Below are positions 10,987 to 24,464 of a DNA stretch of 64,000 nucleotides, piece by piece (within the stretch, counting starts at the first letter, position 1; each line of letters begins with the position of its first letter). Made by a program: the position numbers and the translations under genes. The notes under the pieces are model-generated. The model had not been told where the DNA came from. It worked only from the letters and a program-made list of their open reading frames with translations, and made no database searches. The stretch spans positions 79,708-143,707 of the forward strand of contig NIVC01002746.1 of NCBI GenBank assembly GCA_002269645.1, written 5' to 3'. The DNA is from Macrostomum lignano (lineage: Eukaryota).

Positions 10987-13475
10987 TCAATACATATCGG
11001 CTAATCAAGTCTCTAACTTTTAGATACTTCGATAGATCTAGCTATTCGATACATATCTGCTACCACAGATTCAATTAAAACATTTCGATACATATCGGCT
11101 ATAATAATTTTTTACACTAGTATTTCGATACATATCGGCAAAACAAGTTCAATATAGAAATTTCGATACATATCGGCTATCTGATAGTTATTAGATTTAT
11201 AAATGCCATATTCTTTATAGTAGAAGCTTTATACCTAAAGGCTAGGCTATATTTTGATAGATTTTACCACAAATCATATCTAACCCAGAATTAATATATG
11301 AACCAAACACAGGACCGGAAAAAATAATATTCAGTTTATTTAGCAAGAACAAACAGCTAAATTTAGGAGAGAGGGCTTTTAAAGTAAGCCAAGAAACAAA
11401 TAGCAAAATATATGCTTGCAAATCAAATGCCAAGATTTGTTAAAGTAGAACAAAAAACGCTTACAAAAATATTGTAGAAAGCTGTTTAATAGGACTATGA
11501 AAGTTTGAAAAATTATTATAACTTTTTCGATACATATCGGCTAGACGAAACGATGGTTGAATTAGTAGGCCTATGAGATACTGTTTTGTATCAACGTATG
11601 ACTGAGAGAAGGTATTTTTTAAGGCTTTCGATAAATATCGGTTTAATTTGCGTAAAGCTCTTAAGTACTACTGAATTAAGCAGTAGCAACAGATAAATTT
11701 TAATTTAATATTGAATTAACTTTCAGGCTGTTTAATTTAATATTAACGCGAACGAATCGAGGTTCGAACCCCGGCAGAGCGGTTTAACAGCGGACGCTCT
11801 AACCACTACGCCACAGGCCGCACTAAATATCCAACTGTCCAAGCGCGCTTACTAATTTACTGTGTCACCCTGGTCAAGCTTCTTCCTCGCCATCATCGTC
11901 GCCGCAATCGTCGGCAGCAGCGTCGCTATCGCCGTAGGCCGCCTCCTCATCGCCGTCCTCACCAACGGCTTCATCTTCATCCGATGTCGACGAAACATCG
12001 TAGTCCTCCGGCCGGCGAATCTCGTCCATCTCTTCGCCCTGGATGTTCTTCAATTTGAGCTGGCCGGGCTCGAAGGCGGCGGCGCAGTCGTGTCGGGCCA
12101 CCAGGGCGCGAACCCGGTAGATGAAAGTCTCCAGGGTGCGCCGGAGCGGCGGCACCAGCGCCGAAGTTGGCCCGTCGTTCCGATCTTTGCAGGTGTTGGC
12201 CACGGCCTGCAGCTGACGGGTGGACAGCTGGATCTGCTTGAGTAGGCGGACAGCCGGCTCGCTGCGACAGCGGAACTGACGGCCGAGAAGGGGCAGGCCG
12301 TGACGCATGAAGGCCTCGACTAGGGCCCGACCGTGGCGGAGAGCGATGGCCTGAGCGCATGTGAAAAAAGTTGGTAAGTTATGTAATTTTCAATACATAT
12401 CGGCTATTAAATTATTAAATAAAAAAACTCCAGTCTGGATTAGAATTGGATTTTATTTTTCGATACATATCGGCTTTACAGTTCAAACAATCTGTAGATA
12501 AAAATCCCACACAAAAATATTAATTTCAAAACCTCAACGGCAAGTAATTTAAACAGAGCTATAATTTTCCGTATTTTCGATACATATCGGCGACTGTTAA
12601 ATAATAAAAAACCTGTTAATGTCAATACATATCGTCTCAAAGTATATAAAAAAACAATGCTTAAAATATTTACGAAGTTGATTAGACAATGCTATCAAGA
12701 GTTATCTGATATTATTAGCGTCGACTATTCATCATTTCGATACATATCGCCAAGAGTGCACGCACCTGCAGTCGCACGCACTCGGGCCAGGCTCGCACAA
12801 CATCGAGCCCGACGTGCAGAGCAGCCAGGCTGTCTGGCCACCCGCGCATCAGCAGCTGCTGATCGGATTCGTCGCTAGCGACGCTATTGTTACTACTAGC
12901 CTGCGGCAGTAGTATGCGGCAATTGGACTGGCAGTGCCTAGCCAAATCGCCTAACAGCTGGGCGAAAGCGTCTGGCACTCCCGGCCTGGTCAGGCTCGGA
13001 CAGACGGCGTCGGGATCGTCGGCCGATTCGATTGAGGTGGAGACGCCGGCAGCCACAGGCTGGATGTGATTGGCTAGCAGGCGGCCAATCAGAGCGGGCC
13101 GTTTCGCGGGGCTAGTACAATTGGTGAAATGGTTGAAAAACGACTTACTACAGCTTTCGATACATATCGGCAAAGTTGTTAGTAGATACAAAACACGAGA
13201 ATAGTTAGGTTAAAATTTTGAATAAATTTAGCATTGAGTTTCAAAACAAACTTGCTGTCTAACTAACATTTAAATACATATCGGCTCTAGTTGGAGATTA
13301 TTTATAGGATAATCTAAATTTCCTATCTATCGATACATATCGGCTCTAGTTGAACATAATTTATTAGGGCAATCAAAATTTCCTATCTATCGATACATAT
13401 CGGGAAACTTGAACAGACAGGGCATCGTGACAAAGCAATACTAAAATTCCTTATTTTTCGATACATATCGGCTAA
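10987..13475. repeat. Dispersed palindromic motif TTCGATACATATCGGC, ~17 copies
   Basis: Copies at ~10987, 11045, 11084, 11124, 11162, 11526, 11627, 12390, 12459, 12576, 12622, 12736, 13156, 13272, 13330, 13390, 13457; none seen in exons. Confidence 0.9.
11752..11820 (-). ncRNA. tRNA-Asn-like pseudogene or tRNA-derived SINE head
   Basis: A box TGGCGTAGTGG, loop CTGTTAA (GTT), B box GGTTCGAACC; acceptor and anticodon stems pair poorly. Confidence 0.5.
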
Positions 13476-15414
13476 CACGTTAACAAAAGCGATTGCCTCA
13501 CCTGGCCGCCTCGACAAGCAGCCGGTAAACCCTGGCCAGCTGGTCCCGCTTCTTAATATCCCATCGCCGAACGAGAACTTCGCCACTCCACACCAGCATG
13601 TCGTCATTCGGAGCGCCCAGAATGCACCGACACAGAGTCAGGGCGTCCAATGCCGTCTCTAAAGTCGGACAGGCGGACGGAATCAAACGGCCAACACAGG
13701 CTGCCGCTTGCTTAGCAACCGTTGCTAGGTCGGCGTTGGGCTCTAAATCAGGCTTAGCCAACGGTATCAAAGTCGCCAACAATAGTCCCGATTTATCGTT
13801 CGACATTCGACTAACAGTCAGGCTGAGTATGCTCACAATTAGCTGGACTATTCGACCGCTACAGCTGCTGTCAAGGACGCTCTTGGAAGCTGGATGATCA
13901 GCTTCATCTTCAGAGATTGCGTCGCTGTTGCGACTCTCGTTGTTTCGATTATTCGATGGCGCCGGGGGCCTTGACGACGAAGGATCAGCGGCCTTGAGCA
14001 GCAGGCCGACCAGCCTGGCACTGAGCTGGCTGACAGTGGCCAGAAATTCATTAACGGCATCAGGATCTGCGGGCGCTGAGGAACAACTTCTACCGAATCG
14101 TCCTCGGTTGCCAGAGTGACTGCCGAGTAGACCGACGGCCCGACGATGCAGATCTTCAAGTAGGTGCAGAATTAGAGGCTCGCCCATCTGTTAATTTTAC
14201 ATGCGTTCAAAAGAGAGACCGATGTAACAAATTGATGTTTAATAACACTAGTCTTCTGTATATTCCTACACAAAGTACACAAAGTACTCTTTGAACTAAA
14301 AATACATCTTGAACACTACAATAGTACGTCTTGTACTACAATAGTTCATCTTGAACTACAATAGTAGATTTGAGCTACAATAGTACATATTGAACTACAA
14401 TAGTACATATTGAACTACAATAGTAAATATTGAACTACAATAGTACATATTGAACTACAATAGTAAATATTGAACTACAATAGTACATCTTGAACTACAA
14501 TAGTACTCGTACATATTGAACTACAGTAGTAGATTTGAGCTACAATAGTACATTTGAACTACAATAGTACACCTTGAACTACAATAGTACATCTTGAAAT
14601 ACAATAGTACGTCTTGAACTACAATAGTACATCTTGAACTACAATAGTACATCTTGAACTACAATAGTACATCTTGAACTACAATAGTACATCTTGAACT
14701 ACAATAGTACTCCTCTCACTTGCGCCCACCTGCTCATCTGTCCACTTGGCCATCAGCAGAAAGACGCTGTCAGTCAGCAGTCGATAGCAGGGGCCCAGCT
14801 GCTCAGCGCTGACCAGTTTGTTAACAGCGACCCCAGCGCCGGACTGCCGCTTCATCTGATTCTGCCCATCTTTGGCAACCGTCGCCAGATCTTCAACCAC
14901 GGACGATACAACGGCGGCCGCCGCCGCAGCCACCGAATCGTTGGCGTCGAAATGGCCGAAGCCCAAGCCGACGCTGTCGTTGTCTTCAAGCTGCTCTTCC
15001 TCGTCGTCGTCATCGCCGTCATCAGTGGCTCGCCGTCCTCGTCGGCGCTTCTTCGCCGGTCGGCTGTTGCTCTTTTTCGGTTTTGAAGGCTGCTGAGTGT
15101 TCTGCCAGCGCAGGGTGACGTGTGTGACGGCGGTGCCGTCAAGTTGGGCCAGAGGCAGCGGCTGCTCCCAGCGAGTGCTGCGGATTCCGCCTCCGCTCAC
15201 GCCCGCCTCGCTACTGTTAGCAGCATCTGCGGCGGCTGCTGCGGCGGCTGAAGAGTTTGGACGACAGATCGACAGTTCGAATTCGGCTCGAAGTTCGACA
15301 CTGCGACGAAGACGATCGAGTACGGCGGGTTCGAATTCTGGCGAGCTGGCGAACGAGTTGGCGACCTTTGGGGGAGGGGAGGAGTGAAATGAGTGAGTGA
15401 GTGAGTGAGTGAAT

Positions 15415-15477
<63 letters not shown>

Positions 15478-18400
15478 TGAATGAGTAAGTGAGTGAGTGA
15501 GTGAATGAGTGAGTGAGTGATTGAGTGAGTGAGTAAATGAGTGAGTGAGTGAATGAGTGAGTGAGTGAGTGAATGAGTGAGTGAGTGAGTGAATGAGTGA
15601 GTGAGTGAGTGAATGAGTGAGTGAGTGAGTGAGTAAATGAGTGAGTGAGTGAATGAGTGAGTGAATGAGTGAGTGAGTGAGTGAGTGAGTGAGTGAGTGA
15701 GTGAGTGAATGAATGAATGAGTGAGTGAGTGAGTGAGTGAGTGAGTGAATGAGTGAGTGTGTGTGTGAGTGAATGAGTGAGTGAGTGAGTGAGTGAGTGA
15801 GTAAGTAAGTGAGTGAGTGTGTGTGTGAGCGAATGAGTGAGTGAGTGAGTGAGTGAGTGAGTGAGTAAGTAAGTAAGTAAGTGAGTGAGTGAGTGAGTGA
15901 GTGAGTGAGTGAATGAGTGAGTGTGTGTGTGAGTGAATGAGTGAGTGAGTGAGTGAGTGAATGAGTGAGTGTGTGTGTGAGTGAATGAGTGAGTAAGTGA
16001 GTGAGTGAATGAGTGAGTAAGTAAGTGAGTGAGTGAGTGAGTGAATTAGTGAGTGAGTGAGTGAGTGAGTGAGTGAGTGAGTGAGTAAGTAAGTGAGTGA
16101 GTGTGTGTGTGAGCGAATGAGTGAGTGAGTGAGTGAGTGAGTGAGTGAGTAAGTAAGTAAGTGAGTGAGTGAGTGAGTGAGTGAATGAGTGAATGAGTGA
16201 GTGTGTGTGTGTGAGTGAATGAGTGAGTAAGTGAGTGAGTGAATGAGTGAGTGAGTAAGTGAGTGAGTGAGTGAGTGAGTGAGTGAATGAGTGAGTGAGT
16301 GAGTGAGTGAGTAAGTGAGTGAGTGAGTGAATGAGTGAGTGTGTGTGTGAGTGAATGAGTGAGTGAGTGAGTGAGTGAATGAGTGAGTGTGTGTGTGAGT
16401 GAATGAGTGAGTAAGTGAGTGAGTGAATGAGTGAGTGAGTAAGTGAGTGAGTGAGTGAGTGAGTGAGTGAATGAGTGAGTGAGTGAGTGAGTGAGTGAGT
16501 GAGTGAGTGAGTGAGTGAGTGAGTGAGTGAGTGAGTAAGTAAGTAAGTGAGTAAGTGTGTGTGTGTGTGAGCGAATGAGTGAGTGAGTGAGTGAGTGAGT
16601 GAGTGAGTAAGTAAGTAAGTGAGTGAGTGAGTGAGTGAGTGAGTGAGTGAGTAAGTGAGTGAGTGAGTGAGTGTGGGTGAATGAGTGAGTGAGTGAGTAA
16701 GTGAGTGAGTGAATGAGTGAGTGATAGCCAGACAGGCCCTCACCTGGGTGCACCAGTTGGCGGCAGCCAGCAGCACAGGCGGTGAGCACAGCTGCGGATG
16801 CGGCATGATCAGAGGGCAGAGCGCCAATCCGGCGATACCCCTGGCGGGCACGCAGGCTGCCAGCAGGCGGAGGTGGGCGGGCAGGCAGGGCAGCCGCCTG
16901 GCGGGCACGCTGTCTATGGCCACAGCCATCTGAGCGGCAGACTGGGCCAGTCCCAGCCGAGGCTGCCTAGTAGTATCGCTAGCAGCCGCCTCATCAACCC
17001 CTACACTAGACTGGGCCGTATAATTATCGAAGAAATCTTTTTTAGCAACCTCTGCCAGCCAGGCGGCCAGCTTAGCGTTGAGCTTGCCGGCCTCTAGCAG
17101 CGAGGCCAGCTCGTCTAGGAACAGAAGCGACACGTGCGGCGCCTGGGTGCACGCTTTGCGCACCAGGTTAACCAGACTGACTGCGCTTTTAACGTCCTCG
17201 GTAGATTCGCAGGCGGCCACCTGCTGGGAGCCGAGTTGTTGGGACAGTAGAAGGTGGCGCTGTTGAAGCTCCTCTGACGGTGTGATGCACTGCAGCATGG
17301 CCAAGACGCCCAGGACTCCGTAGGACTGCGGGTTGCGCGATTGAGAGAATGAAGGGGCTTGGGCAGGGATCTTCACCCTGGCTCTGAACCTACCTCTCAT
17401 TTTCCATCCCATACCTCCTATCTCTACTCCCTACCTCCTATCTCTACTCCCTACCTCTCATCTCTACTCCCTACCTCTCATCTCTACTCCCTACCTTCTA
17501 TCTCTACTCCCTACCTCCTATCTCTACTCCCTACCTCTCATCTCTACTCCCTACCTCTTATCTCTACTCCCTACCTCTCATCTCTACTCCCTACCTCTTA
17601 TCTCTACTCCCTACCTCCTATCTCTACTCCCTACCTTCTATCTCTACTCCCTACCTTCTATCTCTACTCCCTACCTCCTATCTCTACTCCCTACCTCTCA
17701 TCTCTACTCCCTACCTCTCATCTCTACTCCCTGCCTCTTATCTCTACTCCCTACCTCCTATCTCTACTCCCTACCTCCTATCTCTACTCCCTACCTCCTA
17801 TCTCTACTCCCTACCTCCTATCTCTACTCCCTACCTCCTATCTCTACTCCCTACCTCCTATCTCTACTCCCTACCTCTTATCTTTACTCCCTACCTTCTA
17901 TCTCTACTCCCTACCTCCCATCTCTACTCCCTACCTCCTATCTCTACTCCCTACCTCCTATCTCTACTCCCTACCTTTCATCTCTACTCCCTACCTCCTA
18001 TCTCTACTCCCTACCTCTTATCTCAACTCCCTACCTTCTATCTCTACTCCCTACCTCTCATCTCTACTACCTACCTCCCATCTCTACTCCCTACCTCCTA
18101 TCTCTACTCCCTACCTCCTATCTCTACTCCCTACCTCCTATCTCTACTCCCTACCTCTCATCTCTACTCCTTATCTCTCATCCCTATCTCTTATCTCTAC
18201 CTCATACCTCCTCATCTCTACCCCATACCTCCTCATCTCTACCCCATACCTCCTCATTTCTACCCCATACCTCTCATCTCTACCACATACCTCTCATCTC
18301 TACCCCATACCTCTCATCTCTACCCCATACCTCTCATCTCTACTCCCTACCTCCTATCTCTACTCCCTACCTCTCATCTCTACTCCCTACCTCTTATCTC

Positions 18401-21400
18401 TACTCCCTACCTCTCATCTCTACTCCTTATCTCTCATCCCTATCTCTTATCTCTACCCCATACCTCCTCATCTCTACCCCATACCTCCTCATCTCTACCC
18501 CATACCTCCTCATTTCTACCCTATACATCTCATCTCTACCCCATACCTCTTATCTCTACCCCATACCTCCTCATTTCTACCCCATACATCTCATCTCTAC
18601 CACATACCTCTCATCTCTACCCCATACCTCTCATCTCTACCCCATACCTCTCATCTCTACCACATACCTCTTATCTCTACCACATACCTCTTATCTCTAC
18701 CCCTACCTCTCATCTCTATACTTAACTCTCATCTCTAAATCTCACCTCAGCCCCAAATTCTCATCTCTAATCCTATCAACTATTCAATGGCTCCTTCATC
18801 AGTCTTCCAGCCTCCCAAAACAGCCTCACCTGATACATTGGCCGGCTGTGCCACAGCTGTTTCCTAACCAGAATGCACAGATCATCCTGCAGAGCCTGCC
18901 TACCGCCACCGCAGCCTCTGTAAGCCAGCCTGGCCAATGCGGAGTACAGCAGCCTGGCCTGACCCGGGCCCAGCTGGTGCAGCACGTCCAGCGCCGCACG
19001 GAGCAGAGCGGCGAAACTGGCCAGCTCAGTTGGCCAAGCGTCGGCCACATCGACGAGGCATTGCAGCGCGTGATCTGGCTCGGAGCCAAGACGGCTCAGC
19101 AGGCAGGCGACCAGGCTCTGCTGCCAGTGCGGAGACAGGCAGCCAAACATGTCGGAGCTGACTGCCCGAGCCCAGCTCTGCCCAGCTGCCAATGACGATG
19201 AGTCAGCGGCGGCGCTGTTAGCTGCCAGACCGTCGAGTAAGTCGACAAGCTGTTCAGCCATCCGCCTGGCCAGCACCGGGTGATGACAGCGAAGGTCGGC
19301 GCCGCACCTGGCCGGCAGGCGGCGGTTGCGAATCAGCGACCGGCAGAGGCGGAGCACGGCTTGCCGACGGCGTCGGGAGTTTCGAGAGCTGCCGCCGCCG
19401 CCGCTTCTGCGAGCGGCACTAAAAGCAGCGGCGAGGACAAGCAGATCGACTAGATGAAGACTGTCGACAGAACTCTGACGCTGCTGCTGCTGTTCCGTAA
19501 CAGCTGTTGTTGTTGCTGCTGTTGTTGTCGAAGTTGGGAATGCCTCGATAGCACGAAGCCAACAATCGGCTAGTTGAGGGCTGCAATAATATTTTATAAT
19601 CATATCATAATTAGACTACTGTCAGTAAAGAAAATAGAATTTTAAGCGCTTTTTACTAAGAAAAACAAAAAATGATTCCGAAATTTTTTGTTAACTCATA
19701 TTTTATTTGAATTATCAATGACTTTATAATTACTGAGATTCACATGTACAATCCCTGTGCACCCTTAGGGGCTGGCTCTCATGGCTGTGACTCGCGACAA
19801 CTCCTTTCAAGGCCAATTTGGCAGAAACTAACAAAACTGTTTCTATATATGGGTGTTATAGTTTTAAAGACAGGTTTCACCGGAAAAATACACTACGGAG
19901 ATAGGAAATTTCACGTTTTTTAACACTAAAACAGTGATTGGGTCTCTTAACAGTGTCAGAGAAAGTTCTAATCACGCTATTTTGTGCCTTACATGCTGCT
20001 CTAAGGATGCATTAATCGATTTTTCATATTAAATTGGTCTTGTCATTTATTTTAAACGTTTTTTTTCAAGTTCAAGTTGCATCCTACATATATGTTACTT
20101 CAGTAGTCCTTGATCGGCCACTGTACATTGCGTCCCCTCTCTCCCTGCAGCCAATCAGCTTCGGTCTATAGCACTAGCAATTTAATGGCCTGGACAATTA
20201 AATGAAAAATTAATAAAATTAAATGACAGTCTAGACTAATTGGTGGGCCATGTATGGTATTAACTAAGTTAGGAAAATAATTACAAATTAGTACTACTAG
20301 TAGTAAGCTAATCAGATTTAGTTTTAATTTGATTTGATTGGTCAGGCCAATAAAAAAATAACTGTCCAGGCCATTAAATTGCAAGCGAGATAGACCGAAG
20401 CTGATGATTGGCTGGCAGGAAGAGAGGGGACGCAATGCCTGATTGGCTGGCAGGAAGAGAGGGGACGCAATGTCTGATTGGCTGCAGGAAGAGAGGGGAC
20501 GCAATGTCTGATTGGCTGCAGGAAGAGAGGGGACGCAATGTCTGATTGGCTGCAGGAAGAGAGGGGACGCAATGTCTGATTGGCTGCAGGAAGAGAGGGG
20601 ACGCAATGTCTGATTGGCTGCACTGCAGGGAGAGAGGGGACGCAATGTCTGATTGGCTGGCAGGAAGAGAGGGGACGCAATGTCTGATTGGCTGGCAGGA
20701 AGAGAGGGGACGCAATGTCTGATTGGCTGGCAGGAAGAGAGGGGACGCAATGTCTGATTGGCTGCAGGAAGAGAGGGGACGCAATGTCTGATTGGCTGCA
20801 GGGAGAGAGGGGACGCAATGTCTGATTGGCTGCAGGGAGAGAGGGGGCGCAATGTCTGATTGCCTGCACTGCAGGGAGAGAGGGGGCGCAATGTCTGATT
20901 GGCTGGCAGGGAGAGTGGGGACGCAATGTCTGATTGGCTGGCAGGGAGAGTGGGGACGCAATGTCTGATTGGCTGGCAGGGAGAGTGGGGACGCAATGTC
21001 TGATTGGCTGCAGGAAGAGAGGGGACGCAATGTCTGATTGGCTGCAGGGAGAGAGGGGACGCAATGTCTGATTGGCTGCAGGGAGAGAGGGGACGCAATG
21101 TCTGATTGGCTGGCAGGGAGAGTGGGGACGCAATGTCTGATTGGCTGGCAGGGACAGAGGGGACGCAATGTACAGTGGACATAACTATCATCTCATACAT
21201 TATCCTACACTTAACTAGCTACTCACTTCGCTGCTAATTTCCGTTGCACCAACTCGCAGACCAGAGACTCGGCAGTTTCAGTAGCCGCCGCAGAAGCGGC
21301 CAAGTTAGCTGCAGATGAAGCAGCATTCGGCGCCATCGGCTGGATGCCGCTGATATTTAAGCTGGCCCAGCTGCCGCCCGTGTCTCCCGGCTGTTGCGTG

Positions 21401-22905
21401 CTGGTCAGCCATTTTGGCTGCTGTTTAATTTGCACCTGTTGCACCTGAGTCTGCTGCTTTTGCTGCTCCAACACGGGCACGGCGAACATGTCTAGCCGAG
21501 ATCGAATCTCCATCAGGAACTCGATGACAGCGTCCGGTTCGGATGGCGGGTTGTCCAGCAGGAAGCGCAGCAGCACGGGGATTGATAGGCAGCTGCGGAC
21601 GGAGGCCAGCAGTTGCATGGCGAGCCGGCGAAATTCGCCCAATTGCGATTCGCTTAATGGCAACAAGGTGAGACAATCGAATAGGGCCGGTGTTAGCGGC
21701 GTTGAACTCGCGTTGCCATGGCTACCGCTAGTGTCGTCTAGTTCTGTAGCAGATACTAGCAGACTTCTCAGCTTCTCGCACAGGCTATCGGTGGCCTGGG
21801 TGAACAGCTCGGGCAGCAGGGCGATCGTATCGCGTTTGGCGTCCAAGGATGAAGCCTCGATGATGTCGAATAGAATGGCCTCGATTCGGGAGGCTGCCTC
21901 GCGGGCAAGGGGCAGGTAGCGGAACTGGCTGAGTATGAGCTTGGTGTAGTTCACCTGCCGGATGAAGGGTTATTCTTTAGGTTGTTGTGCCATAGCAACT
22001 GGGGATCTGGGAGGCTGGCCCAGCAACTGAGGATCTGGGAGGCTGGTGGCCCAGCAACTAAGGATCTGGGAGGCTGGCCCAGCAACTGAGGATCTGGGAG
22101 GCTGGCCCAGCAACTGAGGATCTGGGAGGCTGGTGGCCCAGCAACTGAGGATCTGAGAGGCTGGCCCAGCAACTGAGGATCTGGGAGGCTGGCCCAGCAG
22201 CTGAGGACCTGGGAGGCCGGCAGCCCGCTCACCTGCAGGCACACAGGGTAGTCACTCTTATCGATGGCCACCAGCAGCTCCGCCAGCATCTCAGCCAGTC
22301 CAGCCTGCAGAGGCGGCACCTCCAGCAGGCAGCGCATCAGGGACACAGGCAGGCCAAAGTCCGACACCACATCGGCTGGCCCGGCAGCTGAATTCGAACT
22401 GCCGCAGGACAGGAGCTCGGCAGGGGTGAGCATAGCGTAGAGATTGCGCTCGGACTCCGTGGCCGTCTGTTTTTGCAATCAATTAGTAAATATGAAAAAT
22501 GAGTCAGAAATACTATTGAATACGAATTTATTGGCATTTTTATATTTAAAATATTTTGCCTCTATTTCTACTATCAGTAGTGTATCAAAGGTTATTACTT
22601 AATAATTCTAAACACGCAATATTCTGCTATTGCTACTGTAAGTAAAGTACCAAGGAAAATTTGGCTATTAGGGAACTAATAAAAAATGACCTCACCTGTA
22701 CATCATCGAGCAGAGCTTGTGCGGCGGCACTGCCGCGTTTTGTCAAATTAGCTTCGATTCGTTGGGCAACGCTGTGCCGATTGGCGCCCAGCTGAACGAT
22801 CAAGTTCCCAGAATCTTCGGCATCTTCAGCTGCCGGGTTTAAACCTGAACTCTCCCTGACTAGCTGGATATGACAGCCGCTAAGGTGATGCAGCACCTGA
22901 TTCAT
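11874..22905 (-). CDS. FANCD2: Fanconi anemia group D2 protein; join(22905..22696,22466..22233,21954..21227,19580..18830,17325..16744,15365..14730,14187..13502,13111..12766,12350..11874), ~1549 aa
   Basis: LVRKQLWH, LFLDELA, HGRALVEAF..GLPLL, QLSTRQLQ, LRRTLETFIYRV, LKLKNIQGEE match FANCD2; all introns GT-AG; summed length 4650 nt is in frame. Confidence 0.92.
14305..14710. repeat. 21-bp minisatellite (ACTACAATAGTACATCTTGA-type), intronic
   Basis: Direct reading. Confidence 0.95.
15386..16722. repeat. (TGAG)n/(TG)n microsatellite, intronic
   Basis: Direct reading. Confidence 0.97.
17410..18760. repeat. 20-22-bp pyrimidine-rich minisatellite (CTCCCTACCTCCTATCTCTA), intronic
   Basis: Direct reading. 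Confidence 0.95.
20118..21178. mobile_element. CACTG-terminated non-autonomous DNA transposon with one arm expanded into a 29-33-bp minisatellite
   Basis: CCACTGTACATTGCGTCCCCTCT... at left and ...GGGGACGCAATGTACAGTGG at right; inner boundary ATAGACCGAAGCTGAT is inverted relative to the left arm. Confidence 0.7.
21985..22215. repeat. ~30-bp minisatellite (CTGGGAGGCTGGCCCAGCAACTGAGGAT), intronic
   Basis: Direct reading. Confidence 0.9.
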
Positions 22906-23004
22906 GCTGACACTGACTGACAAAATATCGTTTCAAGTTTTCGATATTTATGTATAATTTACTGAAATTGTGTGAAACAAGTATTTAAATGAAAGATTTA
23001 TAAG

Positions 23005-23915
23005 AGTGAATCCCGCTACCTTCTTTACAGACCCCTCAGTGAATCCCGCTACCTTCTTTACAGACCCCTCAGAGAATCCCGCTACCCTCTTTACAGACCC
23101 CTCAGTGAATCCCGCTGCCCTCTTTACAGACCCCTCAGAGAATCCCACTACCCTCTTTACAGACCCCTCAGAGAATCCCGCTGCCCTCTTTACAGACCCC
23201 TCAGTGAATCCCGCTGCCCTCTTTACAGACCCCTCAGAGAATCCCGCTGCCCTCTTTACAGACCCCTCAGAGAATCCCGCTGCCCTCTTTAACAGACCCC
23301 TCAGAGAATCCCGCTACCCTCTTTACAGACCCCTCAGAGAATCCCGCTGCCCTCTTTACAGACCCCTCAGAGAATCCCGCTGCCCTCTTTACAGACCCCT
23401 CAGAGAATCCCGCTACCCTCTTTACAGACCCCTCAGAGAATCCCGCTGCCCTCTTTACAGACCCCTCAGTGAATCCCGCTGCCCTCTTTACAGACCCCTC
23501 AGAGAATCCCGCTGCCCTCTTTACAGACCCCTCAGAGAATCCCGCTGCCCTCTTTACAGACCCCTCAGAGAATCCCGCTGCCCTCTTTACAGACCCCTCA
23601 GAGAATCCCGCTGCCCTCTTTACAGACCCCTCAGTGAATCCCGCTGCCCTCTTTACAGACCCCTCAGAGAATCCCACTACCCTCTTTACAGACCCCTCAG
23701 AGAATCCCGCTGCCCTCTTTACAGACCCCTCAGTGAATCCCGCTGCCCTCTTTACAGACCCCTCAGAGAATCCCGCTGCCCTCTTTACAGACCCCTCAGA
23801 GAATCCCGCTGCCCTCTTTAACAGACCCCTCAGAGAATCCCGCTACCCTCTTTACAGACCCCTCAGAGAATCCCGCTGCCCTCTTTACAGACCCCTCAGA
23901 TAATCCCGCTGCTCT
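23005..23915. repeat. 30/31-bp minisatellite (GAATCCCGCTGCCCTCTTTACAGACCCCTCA), ~29 copies
   Basis: Direct reading. Confidence 0.95.
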
Positions 23916-24464
23916 CTAAGGTTCAACAGCATTTCAGTTGAAAGCTACACAGTAAGGCATATAAAAATGAAGTTATATTAAGGCAGCTGAGCTCTTTGAA
24001 GCATCCAGTCAAGGTTTAAAAAACCGACAATATTAATTTAACCAGTTTTATTACTCAAAGACCGTCTTAAAAATGTGTATGCCAAGACACTTCAGAGCTA
24101 CGCGGCATTATTTATATTTTGCGAGAGTCTAATATTTGCAAAACCCAATTGATGAAGTAGTACCGGTCAAAAGCAAACTAAAAAAGAAAAATGCAAAAAA
24201 ATATTAATAGAAGTTTAGTACCATTAAAAACGCTGATTATTGCAGTAAACCTTATGAATTTGGGACTAAAATAGAAATGATCAGTATGCAGTCGCTTTGT
24301 TTTTGGCTTTTCCAAAAAATATTAAGAACACAGCAATCGTGTGAACAGCGATAATTTGTGACAGGGCAATAAAAGCATTCGGCTATTTAATTTAATAAAA
24401 GTAAGAGCGACATTCTACTTTGCAATGTAGGAGGCATAATGCGAAGAAAATAAGTGATAAAAGA

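Noticed and set aside
11045-11179. Bona fide CRISPR array
   Set aside because: No cas genes, animal host, repeats and spacers too short, and the motif continues irregularly into introns; kept only as an unusual array
11752-11820. Functional tRNA-Asn gene
   Set aside because: Acceptor and anticodon stems do not pair properly
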